This document shows positions 18,280-26,600 of a DNA stretch of 38,425 nt, piece by piece. Position numbers and translations under genes: made by a program. The DNA is from a virus (taxonomy: Duplodnaviria > Caudoviricetes), in IMG/VR virus record IMGVR_UViG_3300043103_000108, positions 1-38,425 of that record; one strand, written 5' to 3'. Position 1 is the stretch's first letter. Each line of letters starts with the position of its first letter. The notes beneath the pieces are model-generated. The model was not told the DNA's origin and did not search any database. It worked only from the letters and a program-made list of their open reading frames with translations.

Positions 18280-18286
18280 TAGGAAA
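18266..18286 (+). promoter_or_regulatory. putative phage RNAP promoter (copy 4)
   Basis: TAGCTGGAACCTAATAGGAAA overlapping trx stop; precedes the ncRNA/tRNA block. Confidence 0.7.
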
Positions 18287-18290
18287 CAAA

Positions 18291-18506
18291 TAGCTCCGCT
18301 CGACTCAGCGAGGATTACACAACAGATGTAGCGTACTTACTACATTTGGGAGCCTAACAGAGTCACCGAATACGCGTCCTAATCAGACCAGCCAGCGCTC
18401 TTTGGCGGAACCCAAAAGGAAAGAGAAACTTAGTGGCTAATCCACTTGATGAGTGGTGTCGTTGGTGAAATACTAAGAACGAGTATGGGTTACCTCTCAT
18501 GCTCAC
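18291..18506 (+). ncRNA. candidate structured non-coding RNA
   Basis: ~220 nt with no convincing ORF, GC-richer than flanks, several helices and loop complementarities, between promoter and tRNA-Asn. Confidence 0.5.
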
Positions 18507-18510
18507 ATAT

Positions 18511-18586
18511 TCCCCAATAGCTCAGTTGGTAGAGCACAGCACTGTTAATGCTGGTGTCCGCGGTTCAAGCCCACGTTGGGGAGCCA
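18511..18586 (+). tRNA. tRNA-Asn (GTT)
   Basis: TCCCCAA/TTGGGGA acceptor stem, CAGCA-CTGTTAA-TGCTG anticodon arm, GGTTCAA T-arm, CCA end. Confidence 0.93.
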
Positions 18587-18595
18587 AGAACAAAT

Positions 18596-18682
18596 GGATT
18601 TTGAGCAGCATTGGCGACTGCAGCAGACTGTAAATCTGTAGCCCTTAGGGGCAACTAGGTTCGACTCCTAGAAAATCCACCA
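18596..18682 (+). tRNA. tRNA-Tyr (GTA)
   Basis: GGATTTT/AAAATCC, GCAGA-CTGTAAA-TCTGT, long variable arm, GGTTCGA, CCA. Confidence 0.92.
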
Positions 18683-18688
18683 AACAAA

Positions 18689-18766
18689 CTGTGTGTGAGA
18701 AAGCCTGGTTAATCTACCTGCCTTGGAAGTAGGAAATCGGTGGTTCAAATCCACCCACACAGACCA
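18689..18766 (+). tRNA. tRNA-Pro (TGG)
   Basis: CTGTGTG/CACACAG, CCTGC-CTTGGAA-GTAGG, GGTTCAAATCC, CCA. Confidence 0.92.
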
Positions 18767-18770
18767 ATAT

Positions 18771-18844
18771 GCGGCGTTCGTTCAGTGACAGGACTGTGGA
18801 TTCCAAATTTGCTAACGGAGGTTTGATTCCTTCACGCTGTGCCA
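18771..18844 (+). tRNA. tRNA-Trp (CCA), atypical
   Basis: GCGGCGT/ACGCTGT, GTGGA-TTCCAAA-TTTGC (GU-rich), T-loop TTTGATT, CCA end. Confidence 0.7.
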
Positions 18845-18876
18845 GTAAATATTTTTTTAAACCACAAGGAAACAAC

Positions 18877-19035
18877 ATGAACATTAAATTCAGCCCCGAA
18901 GAACTCAATTTTATTCAACAAGTTCTAGGCGAATTGCCAACTAAGACTGGTGCCTTTATGGTATTACAAAGTATCAATGCACAAGTAGCAGAACAACAGC
19001 AATCTAAGGATGACGCACCAGCAACCCCAGAATAA
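18877..19035 (+). CDS. small phage protein
   Basis: AAGGA RBS; MNIKFSPEELNFIQQVLGELP...; the longer ORF-track version overlaps tRNA-Trp. Confidence 0.7.
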   Translation: MNIKFSPEELNFIQQVLGELPTKTGAFMVLQSINAQVAEQQQSKDDAPATPE

Positions 19036-19112
19036 GAGTCATTAGCTCAGTTGGATAGAGCAATACCCTTCTAAGGTATTGGCCAGTGGTTCGAATCCAC
19101 TATGACTCACCA
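19036..19112 (+). tRNA. tRNA-Arg (TCT)
   Basis: GAGTCAT/ATGACTC, ATACC-CTTCTAA-GGTAT, GGTTCGAATCC, CCA. Confidence 0.95.
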
Positions 19113-19123
19113 AGGACACAAGT

Positions 19124-19213
19124 ATGGATGATACCATTGAAGATTACGAATTAAATTTACCTTATGACCCTATCCATGAGTCATCATGGGATACGTTCAA
19201 TCAAGAGGATTAA
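19124..19213 (+). CDS. tiny acidic peptide (29 aa)
   Basis: AAGGA RBS; MDDTIEDYELNLPYDP... Confidence 0.4.
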   Translation: MDDTIEDYELNLPYDPIHESSWDTFNQED

Positions 19214-19214
19214 T

Positions 19215-19337
19215 ATGAGTAAAGGTTCAGGACGTCGTAATGAGGACGCCGATAAAGTAAGAAACAACTGGGATGCTATCTTCGGCAAAAAAGATAAACC
19301 CGAAGAAAAGAAAGAACAAGATGACACCAAAAAATAA
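19215..19337 (+). CDS. small phage peptide (40 aa)
   Basis: GAGGA RBS; MSKGSGRR...NWDAIFGKK pattern recurrent in phages. Confidence 0.65.
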   Translation: MSKGSGRRNEDADKVRNNWDAIFGKKDKPEEKKEQDDTKK

Positions 19338-19782
19338 AGATGCCTTAGTATCCGCACTGCGATGTTTGTTTGCAGATAACTTTGTAGTGTATTACAAGGC
19401 TCATGGCTTCCACTTCAACGTTCAAGGGCAAACATTCTCTCAAGACCATGCCTTGTTAAATGAGATCTATGACTACTTATACGAGAATCATGACTCTCTT
19501 GGCGAACAAATTAGACAGCTAGATAAGCCAGCACCTACCACATTGAAGAGTATTCTAAGTGTAAGTGAGATTGATGAAGAAACTGGTGTGGTTGATCTAC
19601 CAAACAAACAGTTAGAAGCTTTAGCAGATGACTTCACTACTTTACTCCGTAATGGTCAATGGGTTTACGAAGAAGCTGGGCGCCAATGTGTTGGTGGTTT
19701 AGAAACTTATATTGGTGACTACCTTGCTGGTCTATCTAAGCTTAACTGGAAAGTTAAAGCTACATTGAAACGGAGTCTATGA
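19321..19782 (+). CDS. dps: Dps-like ferritin-family protein
   Basis: HGFHFNVQGQTF..DH...EIY...DSLGEQIRQL ferroxidase signature. Confidence 0.85.
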   Translation: MTPKNKDALVSALRCLFADNFVVYYKAHGFHFNVQGQTFSQDHALLNEIYDYLYENHDSLGEQIRQLDKPAPTTLKSILSVSEIDEETGVVDLPNKQLEALADDFTTLLRNGQWVYEEAGRQCVGGLETYIGDYLAGLSKLNWKVKATLKRSL

Positions 19783-20063
19783 TGAAATCTTATAACATGG
19801 AAGCACTACGTGGTCATAACTATGATGATCATGAATTCCAACAAGACATGGCTAAATCAGGTGTACATATCCCTGACAACTTATTGTACAAGCCTGAGAT
19901 GAATGCGTTTGTAATTAATGAAATATACAAACAAAATATTAACGGACTTCCTACGGTAGTCAACGATAAAACAAACAGAAATTATACGCCTGAAGAGGCT
20001 AAAGAAGAAGCCGATACCCTTCGGAGTGCTGCCTTGCAAGCACACAAGCTATTAACAGCTTAA
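19779..20063 (+). CDS. hypothetical protein
   Basis: GGAG RBS; last gene of the + arm. Confidence 0.7.
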   Translation: MMKSYNMEALRGHNYDDHEFQQDMAKSGVHIPDNLLYKPEMNAFVINEIYKQNINGLPTVVNDKTNRNYTPEEAKEEADTLRSAALQAHKLLTA

Positions 20064-20109
20064 AAAAAATAACCCCTACTAGGATAATTCCTAATAGGGG
20101 TTTTTATTT
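20062..20109. terminator. bidirectional rho-independent terminator between convergent arms
   Basis: A-run, AACCCCTACTAGG-ATAATT-CCTAATAGGGGTT, T-run. Confidence 0.9.
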
Positions 20110-20111
20110 GC

Positions 20112-23100
20112 TTAAGTTACGTTGTAAACTTTACCTTGATTGGCTAACTTTTTAACTTTAGAATTAGCGCGATTACGAGCTGCTTTATAATCAGTCTTTT
20201 TTGTAACACCGTTCCACCTCTTTAAATCAGAGATCAAGCCTTTATAATTCATAAGTTGCTTAACAGTATTAATAAATTGAGCATCTTTAATAAAGTATTG
20301 GTCAGGTCTGCTATCTTTAGGTTTCCAACCTGAATTATTAGAATTTAAAAATTCTTTAAATTCCTTTTGCTCAAGTGATAAATCACCTTTAAGATAAGAA
20401 TATTCACGATCAAGTGTTTGCAAGAAACCTTTGTATTCACCCTTATCACCAATAGAAACTTCACCACCAAGACTACGTATTTCGGTTACACCTTCAGCAA
20501 ATTGCTTTTCAAAGTCTTTAACAAACGCATCTACCATATCCCACTCAATTACTCTTGGTAAAGCAATGTTGTTGATAGCGTATAGCATTAATGGGTAAGA
20601 CTTAGAATTAAGAATTAAGTTATCAAACACAGGAGTAAACGGTAACATATCTGCTGGCTGTTTACCTTCGTTGAAGTGTCGAATAGCAAGAGACAACATA
20701 ATTGACTCACGATACTGGCCAAAAGCTGGGCCAACTTGGTTAATAGCTGCTGAACCTGGGCCTGGAATTACAGGATTACCGAATTCATCTTTAGTGCCTT
20801 TGTCTTTAGCTGCAGACATAGGGTCAAACACAGTAATGTTTGTGTTAATTTTACGAGCCTTGCTACTATTTTTGTTTTTGATTTCAACAGATTTACCCGA
20901 TTCAATAGAACCAAAACGACCAAAGCTTAATTCTTCACCAAACATTCCGATAGGATGTGGCACCCTATCAAACATTTGAAGTGTAGCTACTGTCTTTTTA
21001 GGTGTAGTGAACTGCCACTCTTGCAACGCTGTTTTAACAGTGTTCTTTAAGATATTATTTAAATCATACACCAACCAGTTCTCGTTACCATTATACTCTG
21101 CTGATTCAAGCATTTCCTGTTTAAACTCAGGATATTCTTTTAAGAAAGCACGAGCTTCATCGGTGTGGAAAGCAGAAGCCTTACCATAGCCAGTGGTTAA
21201 GAGAGTTTTCTTAGCAAATTCTTTATTGAATTGACCTGCTCCTGCAACGTTAAGGCCACCAAATTTATCTAACTTTTCTTTCCAAACAGCAGACTTTTCT
21301 AAATTGTCAGGCCCAAATGTAGTATCAATACTCTGTGCCTTAGCTACATCAGTAAAGTATCTACGTGGATCGCCTTCAGGTACTGTATCTTGAAATTCAG
21401 CATCACTTAGATTTTCCCAGATCAATCCTACACGAGATAAAATATCTTCATTGCCAATATCAGAGGCAAGGAACATCAAACCAGCTGAGTTAGCGTCAAT
21501 AGCTACCGTAACTTTAGGATTAAATCCTGTGTTATTACGTTTAGCTTCTAAATAGTCAGCTGCGTCTACGTAGGCTTGTAATACATAGCCCCATGTTTCT
21601 CTGTCACCTTTACCTGTAGCTAAGTCACCTACCTTAGCCAAAGCTTTTTGTTGTGATGGGTCTAACTTAGTAAAGTCAGCAGTAGCCATGTTGTTTAGCA
21701 AGTCACCTTTAGTTGTAGGTACAATGCTCTTAAGGATACTACCAATGAAAGCTGCTTCTTGAATAAATGCTGGTGTAACTAAGGTAAGCATTTCAGGGAA
21801 CAACATCTGTTCAGTCTTCATACCTACTTGAGAGCCTACATCAAGAACTCTACCTAATGTACCTAAGAAAGATAATTCTAATTCTTTAGGTGATAAGTTA
21901 GTGTTCTTAGCCTTAGCCATATCACCAATACGATTCCAAAAGTTATTAGCAGTTTCTAGGTTAATACCTTGAGTATGGTATTGAGTAGACTTATCCATTT
22001 GAAACACAGGTGAAACAAAAGATTCAGCAGCACGAGTATACTTATTACGCTGAGAATTAAATCGTGGATCTAAGTAAACACGGTGAGTAGCATAGTCTTC
22101 CCATGCAGGAGTAACGTAAGGTTGTCCTAAAGCAATTTCATTAATGTGATCATCACGTTCTTTAATTAAGTCAGTAACCTTATCTTTAATAGCTTTAGCT
22201 TCAGGAGTTAGTTCACGTACTTTAATTTTAGATGTTGGCTTAAAATAGTCTTGACCAAAAGCGTTAAATGCGTCATCAGCATCTTTACGACTAATCTTAA
22301 AGAGATGTAGTACATCTAAACCTTGTGAGTTAGATGGGTCAGCTAATTGCTGCATCAAACGGTTTAAGAATAAAGAACCAATGTAGCCTTTACCTGCACC
22401 AATGTGCTTGTAAACAGAGCCTACAATTCGCTTGGTCTCTGCCATTTCAGGTGTAGCTTTGTATTTGTTTTTCTTCTTATCACCTGTACGAACGTTACGA
22501 GCAGCACCTACCATTTCACCTTTAGAAGTTACGGGTACACGTTGCTTTTGGCCTGACATAGCCGTGTTCATAGCTTTACCCATAGCACGGGCTGTCATGT
22601 ATCGCTCATGGCCAAAACCGGGAGCTAATCTAACAATCTCTGCACCATCTTCTGTAACGTCTTCTACTAAATGACCTGAATCAATTTCAGCTTGAAGCGC
22701 AATAGCACCAGCTTCCTCTGTACTAATGTCTTGTTGGGGCATAGTTGAAGGATCAATAGGCTGGTTGTTCTCATCAACAGCAGAACCACGAGCAAGCTTT
22801 TTCATTAAACGACCGTAGTACTTAGCTACTGAGTCTCTTGCCATACCACCTTCAATGGCCGTCATATCAACAGAACCTTCACCATCATCACGAAGAAGGT
22901 CATTAATAGAATCATAGCCGTAATCTACATCGGTAGATTCAGCGTTAGCTACTACAGGGCCATTGCCAGCTGAAGCTGCACCAGATAACATAGGGCCAAT
23001 TAAAATACCTGCCATGTTAACTACGTTAGCAGTAGATGCAGTAGACGTGTTTAAACCTTGCTTAAGGCGAGTCATAGCTGACAATTGAACAGCAGTAGGA

Positions 23101-23648
23101 GATGTACTGTCACGTAAGGTAACAGTAGTATCTGCTAGTGTTTCGCCAATCATCTTAGAAGCACGTTGAATAGTACCCGCTTGTGTTGGTTTAGCTGCGT
23201 CAGGGAACGCTTCACGAAGCTCAGAGATAGTGTTCCAATCTTTATTAAGAGGACTCATCAATGAAGCTTGTGTACTACGTTCCTGCTCATACATGCTACG
23301 AATAGTGTCTGGATCTGTGATCTCATTACCACGAGCATCCATTAACTTAGTAGGCATACCTTCCATTACATCACTAAAAGGTGATGGGTTATATTCAGGT
23401 GCTTTAACACCGGGAGCTGAAAAAGAAGAATAATCTTCCTCAGTACCCATTTCAGGTACATACCCTGCGCTAGAGGTTGACTGAGTATTCTCAGGAATAT
23501 CAGCCATAGCGTTGTCTCTACGAGCAGACATCACTTGGTCGCTTAAAGAGGGAACAGCTGGTTGCTGTTGTTTAATTTGATCCTCAAGAAACTTGTTACC
23601 AAGGTTTAATTCTGGTACGCCAGCACTGGAAGGAATGTTAATAGCCAT
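20112..23648 (-). CDS. divergent single-subunit RNA polymerase, putative virion-packaged (N4 mini-vRNAP-like)
   Basis: In order: EDYATHRVYLDPRFNSQRNK, VAIDANSAG (motif A), KEFAKKTLLTTGYG (motif B), VGPAFGQYRE, PVFDN (motif C); follows ejection-protein genes. Confidence 0.75.
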   Translation of the reverse strand: MAINIPSSAGVPELNLGNKFLEDQIKQQQPAVPSLSDQVMSARRDNAMADIPENTQSTSSAGYVPEMGTEEDYSSFSAPGVKAPEYNPSPFSDVMEGMPTKLMDARGNEITDPDTIRSMYEQERSTQASLMSPLNKDWNTISELREAFPDAAKPTQAGTIQRASKMIGETLADTTVTLRDSTSPTAVQLSAMTRLKQGLNTSTASTANVVNMAGILIGPMLSGAASAGNGPVVANAESTDVDYGYDSINDLLRDDGEGSVDMTAIEGGMARDSVAKYYGRLMKKLARGSAVDENNQPIDPSTMPQQDISTEEAGAIALQAEIDSGHLVEDVTEDGAEIVRLAPGFGHERYMTARAMGKAMNTAMSGQKQRVPVTSKGEMVGAARNVRTGDKKKNKYKATPEMAETKRIVGSVYKHIGAGKGYIGSLFLNRLMQQLADPSNSQGLDVLHLFKISRKDADDAFNAFGQDYFKPTSKIKVRELTPEAKAIKDKVTDLIKERDDHINEIALGQPYVTPAWEDYATHRVYLDPRFNSQRNKYTRAAESFVSPVFQMDKSTQYHTQGINLETANNFWNRIGDMAKAKNTNLSPKELELSFLGTLGRVLDVGSQVGMKTEQMLFPEMLTLVTPAFIQEAAFIGSILKSIVPTTKGDLLNNMATADFTKLDPSQQKALAKVGDLATGKGDRETWGYVLQAYVDAADYLEAKRNNTGFNPKVTVAIDANSAGLMFLASDIGNEDILSRVGLIWENLSDAEFQDTVPEGDPRRYFTDVAKAQSIDTTFGPDNLEKSAVWKEKLDKFGGLNVAGAGQFNKEFAKKTLLTTGYGKASAFHTDEARAFLKEYPEFKQEMLESAEYNGNENWLVYDLNNILKNTVKTALQEWQFTTPKKTVATLQMFDRVPHPIGMFGEELSFGRFGSIESGKSVEIKNKNSSKARKINTNITVFDPMSAAKDKGTKDEFGNPVIPGPGSAAINQVGPAFGQYRESIMLSLAIRHFNEGKQPADMLPFTPVFDNLILNSKSYPLMLYAINNIALPRVIEWDMVDAFVKDFEKQFAEGVTEIRSLGGEVSIGDKGEYKGFLQTLDREYSYLKGDLSLEQKEFKEFLNSNNSGWKPKDSRPDQYFIKDAQFINTVKQLMNYKGLISDLKRWNGVTKKTDYKAARNRANSKVKKLANQGKVYNVT

Positions 23649-23652
23649 CGAA

Positions 23653-26600
23653 TTATTCTCCTAATTCTTTTTGTAAATATTTAGCCAAGGCGGGACTTGT
23701 TCCAACAATAGGAAGCAACCTGGCACCCTTCTCAATTCGTTTCTCTTCTGGAGCAGATAATACTTCATTGAGTTTATTAATAAAAGCTAACTGAGGTGAT
23801 TGATCAGACAATTGATTATACACTTGCCCTAACACACTATTAGCTTTCTTATCACCCCCAAACATTGGTGATACGCTATCCCATACACGTTGCCCTGTGC
23901 CAAGTAAGCCTACTTGACCAATTAAACGCTGGAATTCTTTATCTTCTTTTAGCCACTTAGGTGGGTGTTCATTATACTTGATCATATCTTTAATATACAA
24001 AGCTAACATAGACAATGCAAACATCATAGCGATAGTTGCTGCTGCGTTACGTTGATCGTCAGAACCTTTCTTACCCAAGTCACCTAAGAGTCTTGGTAAT
24101 GTAGTAGCTGTAAATGTAGATGTATAACCTTGGAATTGAGTAAACAGTCGTAAGTAAGGATCACTATAGAACTTCGGTCTGTTAAGTTGTGAAGGAACTA
24201 CTACTGCTTCGTTAACAAAGTTGTATGCACCAGCCTGTAAGTTAGCTAGTACTCTCTGCTCATTTTGAGGAGTATCTTTATCAATGCTAGTCATAAAGTC
24301 TAAATCAACACCAATACGAATTAAATGTTCTTTGGCATCTTGAATTTGTTGTGGAGTAAATGTACCTTTACCTTGAGCAACATCAACCCAATGGTTAATA
24401 GCATCAGCAGCAATAGATAATTTAGCATGACGAGTAATAGCAGTAATAGAAGTTAAACCTGTTACTTTAAAGAAGCCTTCAGTCCACTTTTGAAAGTATC
24501 CTGAAAGAATATCATTACGAGTACCAATACCACCTTCTCTTAAGAAGCCAGCCTCAGACAATTCCCTACGGTGCTTAGATGCTGTAGAATTTTTCATTCC
24601 AAATGATTCGCCTAACTCTTTAAACAACGAACCAAACTCTTTACCAAAAGTATTAAGTAAGATACGAGTAGCTTTAATCGATTGAGGGGAATTCAAGTTA
24701 CGATATACCTGAGCAAATTCTACTGTAGAACTTACTGCAGCTAAGGGTAGTGAAGTGACTGTTGATAAGAAGTTAACTAAGTTCAATGCACCACGAGCAT
24801 ATTCATTAGTAATAGGATTGTACTTACCAGCTCTCATATCTAGAAAGTCTTTAATTTCTCTAGCCATGAATGAAGCTTCTTGCTCAGTGATCTCACCTTT
24901 GTTTAGACTGTCTTGTAGTAGCGTAGCTAACTTAGAGCCGTCTTTACCAATGAACTGTTTGTTAGTAGCAACAGCAGAACCCTTAGCAGCTAATGTATAA
25001 GCATTATCTAACAAGTCTTGAGACATATACTGAGCAAACTTAGCTTTAATCTCAGGATTATTAATAGCCTTTTCAACCTCTGCTTTACCTTTAATACGGT
25101 TAGCATCAGGGTTAAGCCATTCATCTATCGAGTCTTCTACGCTATTAACATCACCATTGTTAAGTACTGACTGTGCCATCATAGAAGCTTCTGCTTGGCT
25201 AATACCAAACGCATCTTGGATATCTCTAGTAAACTGATTAAAGTTTTTAGATACAAGAGTTTTATCTAGTGGTCTATTAGCAATAAAGGATGCTACAGAA
25301 AGATCACTACCGGTAGCTCTGTTGTAGTCATTGATTAAGTTATCAATCTTTGCAGCATAAAGCAAAATACCTTCTTTATGAACAATATCTTGGCCTAAAT
25401 CTGCATCAATATCTAACCTATCAAATGAGCCTGTAAGTCTGCGTTGACGTACTAAACGATCAATAACACTTACCACGGTTGGCTTAGCTAATATAGTAGA
25501 AGCTTTTGAGGTAGTCATTCCACCAAAAGCAGACTGCATTTCTTCTTTATTACCAAAGTTTTTAAAGATATTAGCTTCAAGGATATCTTGTGTTTCATCA
25601 ATAGACATACCGTTAATTGCTCTTGTAGAACCAAGCAAGGTGCTTAATGCAGCTAACGCTTCACCTGAATAGTCTTTACCCTTCATAATCACAGTAGACC
25701 ACTTACCGAACAAAGAGCTTAATCCTTTATCTTTCATAAAGGAACCTGTTTTAGATACAACACCCTCAATAGCTCTTTTAGATGTTTCTAATTCAGCTAA
25801 CTTTTCTAAGCTAGGAGTGTCTGAAGTAGAACTAATGTTTTTCTCTGCTTTAATAATAACTTCTGATACAGTAGGGATATTAGTAGTACCAAATCTTTCT
25901 TTGTATTGTTCACGGAATTGTAAATCAGTACCCTCACGAGTAGGTGAACTTGAATTAGCTAAGGTAGCTACCGTACGACCAGCACCTGACAGACCACCAC
26001 CTAAGATAGCGCCACCAGCCATGGCATTCATTGTACGATTTTGTAGTTTATTCCAATCTTCCTTTGACTCAGGGATAGCTACTGTTTCACCTAAGTATCC
26101 AGCAATTTCTTGTAGACCTTCCGTGATACCTTCCGAAGCAGAACCCTTAGCTATAGCACCAGCAATAGCAGCTGGTCCTAAGTTTTGTTTCATAGCAACA
26201 GAACGCATAGCGTCTGATACATCCTTAATTGCTTCTTGAGTTGACCTAATGATCATCTTTTCAGCAGCTTCAGCCGTAACACCTCGACCCATTAGTTCTT
26301 TAACTACCATAGCTTGAGTAGCTTTGTCAGTAATTTTTAATGCAGCACCTGAAGCAATACCACTCAAACCTAACTTATCGAGCGCAGCTTGAGTAACACC
26401 TGACATAATAGCTGCTGTAGCATTCTTTTCTTTCTGAGCGTTCCATACCTGTCCTGTGTAGGTAGCTACAGGGACAGACATCGAGGCACCACCTGTCATA
26501 GGTGAAGCCATAGTTGCTACAATAGACGTAACCATTTGGGGAGCAGAAGCAGCAGCAGTACCTACTGAGTAGTCAATTACTTTGCTGAATGAATCTAACT

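Noticed and set aside
18297-18370. Pistol-ribozyme-like start CTCGACTCAGCGAG
   Set aside because: Lacks the UAAA linker and the matching pseudoknot/AGCG segment
18440-18475. Hammerhead-like TTGATGAG...GAAA
   Set aside because: The core needs CUGAUGA plus stems I-III; the flanking helices could not be built convincingly
18769-18876. N-terminal part of ORF 18769..19035, and ORF 18714..18908 (-)
   Set aside because: They overlap tRNA genes; the real start is ATG 18877 with an RBS
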